From positions 1-20,659 of the IMG/VR virus record IMGVR_UViG_2778261527_000010: DNA of 20,659 nucleotides, one strand, 5' to 3'. Origin of the DNA: a virus (Duplodnaviria; Heunggongvirae; Uroviricota; Caudoviricetes). Shown here piece by piece: positions 1-7,951 of the stretch. The translations under genes and the position numbers were made by a program. Below the pieces are notes generated by a model. The model saw only the letters and a program-made list of their open reading frames with translations, was not told the DNA's origin and ran no database searches. Every line of letters begins with the position of its first letter. The stretch's first letter is position 1.

Positions 1-19
1 ATGGTGCTCATAAATCTGG

Positions 20-25
20 TATACT
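20..25 (+). promoter_or_regulatory. putative -10 hexamer (tatact) of the ssrA promoter; -35 lies outside the window
   Basis: TATACT-like hexamer about 14 nt upstream of the tmRNA 5' end; position only, no -35 visible. Confidence 0.3.
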
Positions 26-39
26 TACCTTTACACATT

Positions 40-402
40 GGGGCTGATTCTGGATTCGACGGGATTTGCGAAACCCAAGGTGCATGCCGAGGGGCGGTTG
101 GCCTCGTAAAAAGCCGCAAAAAATAGTCGCAAACGACGAAAACTACGCTTTAGCAGCTTAATAACCTGCTTAGAGCCCTCTCTCCCTAGCCTCCGCTCTT
201 AGGACGGGGATCAAGAGAGGTCAAACCCAAAAGAGATCGCGTGGAAGCCCTGCCTGGGGTTGAAGCGTTAAAACTTAATCAGGCTAGTTTGTTAGTGGCG
301 TGTCCGTCCGCAGCTGGCAAGCGAATGTAAAGACTGACTAAGCATGTAGTACCGAGGATGTAGGAATTTCGGACGCGGGTTCAACTCCCGCCAGCTCCAC
401 CA
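40..402 (+). ncRNA. ssrA: tmRNA (SsrA), 363 nt
   Basis: Sequence ggggctgattctggattcgacggg...ccagctccacca matches E. coli tmRNA as I recall it; tag reading frame gcaaacgacgaaaactacgctttagcagcttaa (ANDENYALAA*) present; 3' CCA end at 400-402. Confidence 0.95.
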
Positions 403-403
403 A
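358..403 (+). repeat. attL core: 46-bp direct repeat covering the 3' end of ssrA
   Basis: atgtaggaatttcggacgcgggttcaactcccgccagctccaccaa repeated at 16279-16324 with one mismatch (g378 vs a16299). Confidence 0.85.
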
Positions 404-412
404 ATAAATCAA

Positions 413-444
413 GGGGTTACGTGAAAGCGTAGCCCTTTTTTCTT
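413..444 (+). terminator. rho-independent terminator just downstream of ssrA
   Basis: Stem ggggttacg / cgtagccc (one wobble) with loop tgaaag, followed by tttttcttt. Confidence 0.55.
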
Positions 445-510
445 TGGTAGTGGCGGCAAAACGGCGGCAGGCATTCAGTCAAGCCCAGTTGCTACTACAT
501 GCGATCGCAA

Positions 511-1284
511 TTACAACTTAAAGAGTTTCGCTTGCTCTGGATTAACAGCTTCGACGTAGTTTTTGACCCCTATTCTGTGCGGCTCATAATTGCTTGAATA
601 GAAATCAATCAGGAAGTCACTCATTTTCTGAGATGTGACTTTCATAACTCCCTTACTCAAAGTTAAATTAAACACGCTAATCTTTGACGATGGTGCCTGA
701 GTTTTACTCATGTTGGCTTGATAACCAGATTTACGCATTGCCACTAGTGCTTCGTCGTAAGCCGCTTGTAATTGGGCCAAATCGTTTGACGAGATGATCA
801 CATCATCCATAAACACACTTAGCTTGAGATCATGATGTTTGTTCAATCGGCGTAGTAAGCTACCAAAATAACTTTTATCTAAGCAGAGGGTTGCAAGTAT
901 TGGAGATTGAACAAAACCAAAAGGGAGGACATGCTTATGTGGACTATGGGACAAGTTTCTTACAGTTGAAAATGTTGAGATTTCCCGCGCTTGAGAATAG
1001 GTGAAGTAGCTCTTTAGATCACGGGTGATACGACTACGGCTCGTTGACTGAAAAAATTGTTTAATATCAACAACGGCAAAAAAATCACTTTTTAAGTGTA
1101 ATCTGGCAGCTTTAAGATGCCCACCAGTTCTTAGATGGTAAAAATAGAGTGGCGGAATCCACTTGTTTCTGACAGCCTGAAGTATCTTCCCTCCGACTTT
1201 ACGTGCCTCAACGCTTGGGACATAAACCCAAACCCCGGGCTTAATCTCAAATTTATCTTCCCACCTTTGAACTTCTATTGTCAT
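511..1284 (-). CDS. compact reverse transcriptase (257 aa), palm/finger domains only
   Basis: RT motifs in canonical order: motif A FFAVVDIKQFF, motif B' LPFGFVQSPILATL, motif C SVFMDDVII (F-x-D-D), K-T-containing domain 6; no thumb or effector extension; AT-richer than phage core. Confidence 0.8.
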   Translation of the reverse strand: MTIEVQRWEDKFEIKPGVWVYVPSVEARKVGGKILQAVRNKWIPPLYFYHLRTGGHLKAARLHLKSDFFAVVDIKQFFQSTSRSRITRDLKSYFTYSQAREISTFSTVRNLSHSPHKHVLPFGFVQSPILATLCLDKSYFGSLLRRLNKHHDLKLSVFMDDVIISSNDLAQLQAAYDEALVAMRKSGYQANMSKTQAPSSKISVFNLTLSKGVMKVTSQKMSDFLIDFYSSNYEPHRIGVKNYVEAVNPEQAKLFKL

Positions 1285-1441
1285 GAGTTAAATTGTTGTA
1301 GTTGAAGGCCATGTTAAGAACGGCGTAAACCGCACCAACTAAGCCAACAAACGCGGTTGCGCATTTGAGCATAGCGGTGATCAGTTCAACACGCGCCTTA
1401 ACTAAGCCAAGTTCGTTTGTATCCATAACTTGTTCCTCCAT
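1253..1441 (-). CDS. small predicted single-pass membrane protein (62 aa from ATG 1441; 57 aa from ATG 1426), 3' end overlaps the RT start by 32 nt
   Basis: Hydrophobic segment LITAMLKCATAFVGLVGAVYAVLNMAF; GGAGGA 7 nt upstream of the second ATG (1426); overlap suggests translational coupling with the RT. Confidence 0.5.
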   Translation of the reverse strand: MEEQVMDTNELGLVKARVELITAMLKCATAFVGLVGAVYAVLNMAFNYNNLTHDNRSSKVGR

Positions 1442-1687
1442 AGATACCTGACGTCTCTTAGCGCAAGCGCATGGCCCTAACTAAATAAAAAATAACAACC
1501 AGTTAGCCCAGAAAGCTTAACAAGTCGGCGTCCAATTACATGGCAATCAGGTAATCGGTCCGCAGTCGCAAAGCGACAAACTACATATCTACGGAGTGGG
1601 GATAAATCCCCGCTAACGTCAGGCATTGTTAATTTAACCTCAACTTATAGAAAAGTATAGTTTTAAATCATGTAGTTATGTCGCCAT
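1442..1687 (-). ncRNA. candidate structured noncoding RNA / leader upstream of the RT module (hypothetical, retron msr-msd-like)
   Basis: No ORF; perfect hairpins ggggataaatcccc (1598-1611), gtcgcaaagcgac (1565-1577), gcgcaagcgc (1461-1470); 8-bp inverted repeat cctgacgt/acgtcagg (1616-1623 vs 1447-1454) with TAGC + G-rich hairpin right after the upstream arm on the minus strand. Confidence 0.25.
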
Positions 1688-1906
1688 TTAAATCGGCAAA
1701 CCCACCTGTTTAAATTTATGAGGATGCGGCTGAACCGGATTTGACTCTTTTGGCGTTGCAATCGAACGAACAAAAGTTTCATGGGTAACAAAAGTATGGC
1801 TGCAGTTAATGTTCTGGCACTGGTTGTAACGCTCTTTGGTCAATGAAGATACCTGAAAACTGCTGCGAGTATGGGCGGCACTTCCACACAGTGGGCAAAT
1901 CATCAT
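1688..1906 (-). CDS. ogr: Ogr/Delta-family zinc-finger late-gene transcription activator (72 aa)
   Basis: MMICPLCGSAAHTRSS...YNQCQNINCSHTF with C-x2-C...C-x4-C spacing as in P2 Ogr; GGGGAGA RBS 9 nt before ATG at 1906; lies immediately after gene D as in P2. Confidence 0.85.
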   Translation of the reverse strand: MMICPLCGSAAHTRSSFQVSSLTKERYNQCQNINCSHTFVTHETFVRSIATPKESNPVQPHPHKFKQVGLPI

Positions 1907-1996
1907 TTTTCGAGTTCTCCCCATTTTTGCTAAATGCACAATAATGATATCGCATTATTCCATTTTTCAAACTTAAAAGTTCTCCATTGTGAAGAA

Positions 1997-3097
1997 TCAT
2001 TCCATTTCGAGATCATCAACCTTCACTTCAAGCTCAAGACTGGTCGTAAAACCGTTATCCGGGCTGACGGTATGTGTCAGGGTGGTAATGGTCCATTCCG
2101 CATCATCTATCGGCTGTTTAAAGCCACTGACTTTCACTGGCATTTCCGTGTAGAGATCTGCCCGCCCTTCCGCCAGTTGTAGCGAGAATGCCGCAACACC
2201 GCGTTGCAGACGTTCCCACTGCATTTTCGCCGCTCGTTCGGCGTTGCTCCGGTTGGCATAAGTGCGATTAAGTACCAGCACGTTTTCATCCGTACCCACC
2301 AGGTAATCGCCCTGCTTCGCTTCCGGCTCTTTCTTCTGCTTCTTAGTCCTGCGCTTACGCTTCACCATGGTGCTTTCTTTCTTCGCGGGTTCGCGGGTAT
2401 GCAACCAGCTGGCAATTACGCCCGTATAGGCTCCGCGATCTGCCAGGGTAAAGCGGTGACTGTCGCCGTCCTTACGCGTGATAGTGATCACCGGCAGTGG
2501 TTTACCGCTGGCGCTTTTGCCCTGTCCCTGCCGGATGAATAACAGATTGCCATTTTTCACCGACGCAATAGCACCGTACTGGCGCGCCAGCCGCATCAAA
2601 AAACTACCGTCACTCTCATTAGTCTGGTCTATATGCTCCACGGGCTTATCCGACAGGTCTTTACCCAGTGCCATCTTCAGCTTGTGACGTACGGCTATTT
2701 CCTTCACCACTTCCCCGACAGTGGTCTTGTGCCACGATTTTTCGCGGCGGGTATTCAGCGTTTCCCGAAAATCAGCACTTCGCGCCCGGATAGTCAGGCG
2801 GTCCGGTGCGCCAGTGTGTTCAATCTCGTCCACCGTGAATGCCCCTTTCGGGAAAAGCGGCTGCCCCTTCCACCCCAGCGCCAGCGTAATGACCGCACCA
2901 CGGCGCGGCAGCACTATTTTTCCGTCGGCGTCGTCCAGCTCCAGATCAAGCTGGTCTGCTTCAAAGCCCCGATTGTCCGTCAGCGTCAGACTCATCAGGC
3001 GGTTATCCAGCACAGTGGTGATATCCTTCCCCTCAATACTGATGCTGAATGCGGGAGTTTTGTTTCCTTTGTTAAGCAGTTCAGAGCTGAAATTCAC
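1997..3097 (-). CDS. D: P2 gpD-like tail protein (late control gene D)
   Basis: 366-aa translation matches gpD along its length (LTLTDNRGFEADQLDLEL, TIRARSADFRETLNTRRE, VKVSGFK, NGFTTSLELEV); ATGA overlap with the upstream U gene. Confidence 0.9.
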   Translation of the reverse strand: MNFSSELLNKGNKTPAFSISIEGKDITTVLDNRLMSLTLTDNRGFEADQLDLELDDADGKIVLPRRGAVITLALGWKGQPLFPKGAFTVDEIEHTGAPDRLTIRARSADFRETLNTRREKSWHKTTVGEVVKEIAVRHKLKMALGKDLSDKPVEHIDQTNESDGSFLMRLARQYGAIASVKNGNLLFIRQGQGKSASGKPLPVITITRKDGDSHRFTLADRGAYTGVIASWLHTREPAKKESTMVKRKRRTKKQKKEPEAKQGDYLVGTDENVLVLNRTYANRSNAERAAKMQWERLQRGVAAFSLQLAEGRADLYTEMPVKVSGFKQPIDDAEWTITTLTHTVSPDNGFTTSLELEVKVDDLEME

Positions 3098-3579
3098 GAC
3101 AGCAGCCCTCCCACCGTTTTACTGATATCGCTTAAGGCAGACGTTGTCGTATCCTGCAAATTATTCAGCTGCGCACTGAGATCACCGAACATATCGGACA
3201 GGGATTCATCCACCCGTTTGAGCGACAGGGTGAACTCAATCCGGCGCGGCATACCATCGCGGAAAAACTCCGTTTTAGTCTGATTCAGTCCCTCAATCAC
3301 ATACATGCCGTAAATCGTGCCGCTGCCTTCAATCAGGGGCCATGCTTTTCCCTGTTCTGCCATCTGCTCCAGAGCCAGCAACGACAGCCTGCCGCCCGTT
3401 ATCTCCGGCATAAGAACACCAGAAAGCGTCAGCATGTCGTTGTCTGGTCCCAGAAACTGCGTGGACGGACGTCGATTGACCCGGCTGTTTGCCGCATGTC
3501 GCCAGCTGCGTTGATACTGCAGTTCCTGATACGGCACAGTGCGCAGCATAAACACGTACAATCCCAGCACCATCATCAT
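3094..3579 (-). CDS. U: P2 gpU-like tail protein
   Basis: 161 aa, MMMVLGLYVFMLRTVPYQELQYQRSWRHA... matches gpU; overlapping start/stop with T fragment and D. Confidence 0.85.
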   Translation of the reverse strand: MMMVLGLYVFMLRTVPYQELQYQRSWRHAANSRVNRRPSTQFLGPDNDMLTLSGVLMPEITGGRLSLLALEQMAEQGKAWPLIEGSGTIYGMYVIEGLNQTKTEFFRDGMPRRIEFTLSLKRVDESLSDMFGDLSAQLNNLQDTTTSALSDISKTVGGLLS

Positions 3580-3995
3580 GCTTCGTATCCCCCCTGATCG
3601 CTGTAGTTACTCCTGGCTTTTGCCTTCAGCCTGCGTTCACGTTCATCAAGCTGGCGGGCCACCTCCCGCGCAATATCCTGCGCACTTTGTCCTGGCTGCG
3701 TCTGAATGATGATCTGCATCGGTGCCTCAATCCGTTGAACGGGCGGCACAGTGGCTGCACGACTCACCATCGCTTCGCCGCCTTTCGCGGGAAGTGCCAA
3801 AGAATGCAACGGTGGAAGCTCTGCAGGCGCGGCAGCAACGCCCATCATTCCGGCAACAACGGCAGCCAGTGCAGCTGTATTTCTCCGGCTGGTCACATTT
3901 GCCGGGCCGTTAACAATTTCCGGCCCGTTTTCACCGACGATGCCAAACTGCCCGCGCGGGATATAGCCGCCGCTGTCATACATCCCCGCAAAGCC
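3576..3995 (-). pseudogene. T: 3' fragment (~135 codons) of tail tape-measure gene (gpT-like); 5' part deleted
   Basis: C-terminal tape-measure-like sequence (GYGFAGMYDSGGYIPRGQFGIVGENGPE...) ending in-frame before U; reading frame runs into unrelated portal-gene sequence at ~3984-4003. Confidence 0.7.
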
Positions 3996-4003
3996 ATATC
4001 CCC

Positions 4004-4399
4004 ATGACCGATGCTGCGCAGAACCAGGAGGATGTGAACAACCTCCGCAATGCGATGAAAAGCGCCAAAGGTCCTGGTAACTTCCGTAACCTGTTTATGT
4101 ACTCGCCTAACGGTAAAAAGGACGGGCTTCAGATTATCCCGTTGTCAGAAGTGGCGGCGAAGGATGAGTTCCTGAATATCAAGAACGTGAGCCGGGACGA
4201 CATGATGGCGGCGCATCGTGTGCCGCCACAAATGATGGGGATAATGCCTAATAATGTCGGGGGGTTTGGGGATATCGAAAAGGCAAGCACAGTATTTGTA
4301 CGAAATGAGCTACTGCCTCTACAAAAAATGTTTCTAGAAATAAATAATTGGTTAAACGATAGAATTATAAATTTTTCAACCTACGAACTAAAAATTTAA
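4004..4399 (+). pseudogene. Q: 3' fragment of portal gene (gpQ-like); 5' part deleted
   Basis: Translation ...FRNLFMYSPNGKKDGLQIIPLSEVAAKDEFLNIKNVSRDDMMAAHRVPPQMMGIMPNNVGGFGDIEKA... resembles P2-family portal C-terminus; opposite strand to tail genes as in P2; last ~25 codons are AT-rich. Confidence 0.6.
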
Positions 4400-4415
4400 T
4401 TAAGATAATTTAGTC

Positions 4416-4433
4416 GGCCTCATTTCTGAGGCC
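4416..4433. terminator. bidirectional hairpin between convergent portal fragment and lmuB-like gene
   Basis: Perfect stem ggcctca / tgaggcc with 4-nt loop, flanked by A/T-rich sequence. Confidence 0.45.
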
Positions 4434-4439
4434 ATATTT

Positions 4440-6098
4440 TCATCTTGAAAGTATCACCCGTTCAAACAATGGCATTAATTGAGAATAAACATTATCATAA
4501 TGTTCATCATTTAAAAGATGATATTTATTTTCAAGTTTGATGCTATTAAAACCATCCATGAAACTCTCATAACCAACAGTTCCAATAATAATCTGATTTG
4601 TAAGGGAAAACCCATCCAAGCATAGTTTTATAAGCTTATGCGTATGCTCTGGATCCAAATCTTGTTGCTTTGGAGAGTCTATTACTATAGGCATATTCTC
4701 AACTGAAGAGTTGCTTTTCATAACACTAAGCAGCGCGTAGTGAAATGCAAATATACCTCGAGGACCTCGACTACCAGTCTTACCCTTAGTAATATTATTA
4801 TAACTACTAAGGCCACCTACCTTTGTATTTTCGACACCAAGCTCTTTAAGAGCTTTAGCGAAATACTCTTTGAAACAGTCATTTATTTTAACAGTTCTTT
4901 TCTTATCATTGTATACTTCTAATTCTTCTTGTAATTCTGTCAACTCGCCTTCTTTTCGACCAATCTCAACGAATAACTCATCTAACTGTGAAATAAAAGT
5001 AGATTCAATTTCATGGTATGCGGCAGATTTAATAACATCATGAAGCGTTATTTCCGATTGAGTTTCTAAAATCAGCGCCTGCAACGCCTCTGAAGCAGCC
5101 CTTGACTCTTCTAGCTTTTGATTCAATTTAGGAATATTTTCCTCAATCTTGCTTTTCTCATCTGCAAGAACAGCAATGTTTTTGAGCATTTCATCTCTAT
5201 GGTTTATATAATTATATTCATTTACTGAATAAGCAACATTATCATCTCGAAAATTCGAAATCTCAAATTCATTATCAATAATCGCAGTTATCTCTTTGAG
5301 TTCACTCTCAAGGAAATTCTTCCTAGAATATAACCTCAAAAGATTCAATCTATATTCTGTCTGAACTAAATTTAAATTAGAATATTCATTTAATATACGT
5401 TCCAACTTTGATTTATAAAAATCCAAATCAACATCAAATAAAACCACGCCAAAAGATTCATCAATCTTACTTTTGCTTCTTTTTAGAACCTTAACAAAAC
5501 CATCTAACTCTGAAATTTTAACTTTAATTTCTTTGATTTTCCCTTGAACTGTATAATATTCCTTTGGCTTAATTCCAGAGTGATAGTAAAGAATGTTTTT
5601 TTGCCATTCTGAGTACATACTCATGTTTTCGAAAGAATTTATCACCGCTTTCCATCCTTCATCCTGATCAATAAAGAATGGGGCAAACAAACAAGCAGGG
5701 TTTGCCTGAGTCGTAGCACCCGTATATTTATTATGTAATTCCAGTTTAAAACCAAATATATTTGAAACACGAGATGCTAATGACGAAATCGTGTTATACA
5801 CGACTAGATCATCATTCTTCAAATCAAAGACACCAATAATCTTTTTATAACGCAAAAAAATAAAATCATTTTCCCCGTTATTAATTTCCACCAGTGTAAC
5901 TATATCATCTGATTTCCAAGCATCATCAAGCCTTAAATCTCCACCTAATGTGTAATAAAGACTTTTAATCAGGCTTGATTTACCAACATCATTTGTACCA
6001 TATATGAAGTTAACCCCTTCTGAAAACTCATAAGAAAAAGCTTTTCTGTCTCTTAATGAGAGTATTTTTATATTTTTAAATTTAACGTTATTCTTCAT
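4440..6098 (-). CDS. SMC-like ABC ATPase, LmuB-like (DUF3732-type) component of a Lamassu-like defence system
   Basis: N-terminal Walker A GTNDVGKSS, long coiled-coil middle (E/K/L-rich), C-terminal IVIDSPKQQ resembling the D-Q-P Walker-B variant of LmuB; GAGGA RBS before ATG 6098; 11-nt overlap with upstream gene; AT-rich. Confidence 0.6.
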   Translation of the reverse strand: MKNNVKFKNIKILSLRDRKAFSYEFSEGVNFIYGTNDVGKSSLIKSLYYTLGGDLRLDDAWKSDDIVTLVEINNGENDFIFLRYKKIIGVFDLKNDDLVVYNTISSLASRVSNIFGFKLELHNKYTGATTQANPACLFAPFFIDQDEGWKAVINSFENMSMYSEWQKNILYYHSGIKPKEYYTVQGKIKEIKVKISELDGFVKVLKRSKSKIDESFGVVLFDVDLDFYKSKLERILNEYSNLNLVQTEYRLNLLRLYSRKNFLESELKEITAIIDNEFEISNFRDDNVAYSVNEYNYINHRDEMLKNIAVLADEKSKIEENIPKLNQKLEESRAASEALQALILETQSEITLHDVIKSAAYHEIESTFISQLDELFVEIGRKEGELTELQEELEVYNDKKRTVKINDCFKEYFAKALKELGVENTKVGGLSSYNNITKGKTGSRGPRGIFAFHYALLSVMKSNSSVENMPIVIDSPKQQDLDPEHTHKLIKLCLDGFSLTNQIIIGTVGYESFMDGFNSIKLENKYHLLNDEHYDNVYSQLMPLFERVILSR

Positions 6099-7167
6099 AA
6101 GAAACATCCTCAAAAGTCAACTTTATAATTGCATATATAGCAATCATAAATTTCTCTTCTTGATTTAATAAAGAGAAATCCCCGTCCCCCGCTGCAATTG
6201 TTTTTTCGAGTGTAAAGAAGAGGTCTCGAACAGGTATCTCACGATAATGCTCTATACTCTTTAGAGCCGATTGAAATTCCAGAAAATAAAGATAGTATAT
6301 TGAATTGACATTGAGCACTTTTATTGATATGCGTGTAAAAACTGATTGTAATTTAATCCCCTCATAAGGATCTGAGAAAGTACCAAGCAACATACAAACC
6401 TGTTCCCATTTTGGCGTTATTTTTATGCTTGCAATGAGTCCAGATAATAAATCAGTTACAAATTCTGAAGATATACCTTTCTTTAGTACTAAATCTTCAA
6501 AAGTTTTGATATCACTAGAAGCAACACTAACCTTCTCATTACACTTATTGATTAATAATTTAGTGAATGCTGTTGAATTAATACCATGATCATCCCCAAA
6601 GTAAGAATTCAAAAAAACTGCAACTTTCCCGTATAAATGTGAGTTAGGATCTAACAAACTAAGATCAGATGTTTTAAATTTTATTTTATCAAGAGGAACT
6701 TCTTTTTTAGTATTTAGCTGCTCTTGAACCTTACTAATTATAATTTCCTTATGCTCATTATTAAGATCACTACCTTTTTCGTTATTATCATTTAAGAAAT
6801 CGAATCCAGCATTCGATAACAGAACCATATAAATTTCGTGACCAACGAATTGATAGAAATGGTCATATAGTTTTGCAACAAATGATTTAGGTTTAGCTTT
6901 TGTTGCGTTCACTATTGCTGCGAGTGTCCATTTACCATCTTTTTTTGTTTTAACTTGGATAAACTCAGCACTAGTCGGAGAAACAGATGAATTCAATACA
7001 AGAATATCGTCATGATATTCAAATAGAAATAAATATTTCTCCTTTTCTTTTTGTTTCTCAAGTAAATAATTTATCCCCCAAGAGGCTTGATATGAAAAGC
7101 CTCTCAACGCGTTTTCACCGCCCCGTTCGGCTTGATTTACTGTAATTAACGCATCTGATAACGCCAC
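6088..7167 (-). CDS. LmuA-like effector with N-terminal Cap4/DUF4297-type PD-(D/E)xK-like nuclease region
   Basis: N-terminus GFSYQASWGINYLLE...EYHDDILVLN...FIQVKTKK resembles the DUF4297 D...QxK core; GTG start, in-frame stop two codons upstream; AT-rich; sits at the P2 old/tin position. Confidence 0.5.
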   Translation of the reverse strand: MALSDALITVNQAERGGENALRGFSYQASWGINYLLEKQKEKEKYLFLFEYHDDILVLNSSVSPTSAEFIQVKTKKDGKWTLAAIVNATKAKPKSFVAKLYDHFYQFVGHEIYMVLLSNAGFDFLNDNNEKGSDLNNEHKEIIISKVQEQLNTKKEVPLDKIKFKTSDLSLLDPNSHLYGKVAVFLNSYFGDDHGINSTAFTKLLINKCNEKVSVASSDIKTFEDLVLKKGISSEFVTDLLSGLIASIKITPKWEQVCMLLGTFSDPYEGIKLQSVFTRISIKVLNVNSIYYLYFLEFQSALKSIEHYREIPVRDLFFTLEKTIAAGDGDFSLLNQEEKFMIAIYAIIKLTFEDVSYEE

Positions 7168-7310
7168 TCTATATATCCCTATTGTACTGCTTTTTTTTGA
7201 TACAAATTACCTTAGCTTCACCATCAAGTCCACAGATTCATGGCTAAGCGCGCGCTCGTATCCCCGCCACGCCTGCCCGCTTTATGTAGTGGTTTTCATG
7301 CACCTGCATG

Positions 7311-7342
7311 ATCTACGCAAAAGCCCACCAGTTCTGGCGGGC
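7311..7342 (-). terminator. rho-independent terminator after the tum/DinI-like operon
   Basis: Minus-strand stem gcccgccag / ctggtgggc (one mismatch) followed by ttttgcg. Confidence 0.45.
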
Positions 7343-7477
7343 CTTAGCAAAAACGATCCTCAAACGATCATGCGATCTCATGCGGCATAGACATGCACTA
7401 CAGAGCTAACGCCTCGCAAGGGCTCGTTGTTCAACCTTGCTGACGCCAGAAACAAGTTCAGACGCCAGCAACGTTTC

Positions 7478-7711
7478 TTAATGCAGCCAGCTGTCGTCTT
7501 CCCACACCTTCTGCATAATTTTCATCACTTGCTTCCTTTCTTCGTCCAGTTGCAGTCCGGTCAGTTCCACACCGTTAGAGCTACCTTTGCGGATACGAAT
7601 TACCGTTTTGGGATACAGGGGGTGCAGATTACGGTAAAGCTCGGATTCAAGGGCGTCCAGGGTCGACTGGCTAATCTTCTGCTCTTTATCGATCATTATT
7701 TCAATGCGCAT
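7478..7711 (-). CDS. DinI-family protein (186 Tum C-terminal-domain-like)
   Basis: MRIEIMIDK...LDALESEL...IRIRKGSSNGVELTGL...KQVMKIMQKVWEDDSW parallels E. coli DinI; AGGTGA RBS 6 nt before ATG 7711. Confidence 0.75.
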   Translation of the reverse strand: MRIEIMIDKEQKISQSTLDALESELYRNLHPLYPKTVIRIRKGSSNGVELTGLQLDEERKQVMKIMQKVWEDDSWLH

Positions 7712-7721
7712 AAAAGTCACC

Positions 7722-7910
7722 TCAGCTGATGACATCCATTGAGCGGTTGTATTCGTGGCTTCTGATTTTTGCCATGAGTTCATCAGTCAATTCAGAAACC
7801 CACTGCAGAGCCAGTCCCTTCTCTTCATCACTACACTCACTGGCCGCTACAAGCTTAAGAAAAAAATCAATGCGCTGGAGCTTCAAAGACTCCAAAAAAT
7901 AGTCCTGCAT
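7722..7910 (-). CDS. small protein (62 aa), first gene of the LexA-controlled operon; possibly the N-terminal part of a split tum
   Basis: AGGAGG RBS 4 nt before ATG 7910; ends 10 nt before the DinI-like start; a frame open upstream of the DinI start overlaps it. Confidence 0.5.
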   Translation of the reverse strand: MQDYFLESLKLQRIDFFLKLVAASECSDEEKGLALQWVSELTDELMAKIRSHEYNRSMDVIS

Positions 7911-7951
7911 CTTTCCTCCTATGACACCACACGCAATACTGTATGTATAAC

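Noticed and set aside
1253-1284. Considered that the small hydrophobic ORF and the RT are one gene split by a frameshift
   Set aside because: The RT frame has an in-frame TAA two codons upstream of its ATG and the small ORF has its own strong RBS; a hydrophobic N-terminal segment is atypical for RTs. Cannot be fully excluded without homologs.
2204-3283. Plus-strand ORFs (112-216 aa) overlapping the D and U genes
   Set aside because: Antisense shadow ORFs within GC-rich, well-supported tail genes; no RBS context and Arg/Ser/Pro-rich low-complexity translations.
3687-4007. Plus-strand ORFs of 63-106 aa overlapping the tape-measure fragment
   Set aside because: Antisense to a reading frame with clear tape-measure similarity; Arg/Ala-rich artefactual translations.
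4740-4922. 60-aa plus-strand ORF inside the lmuB-like gene
   Set aside because: Antisense, low-complexity AT-rich translation.
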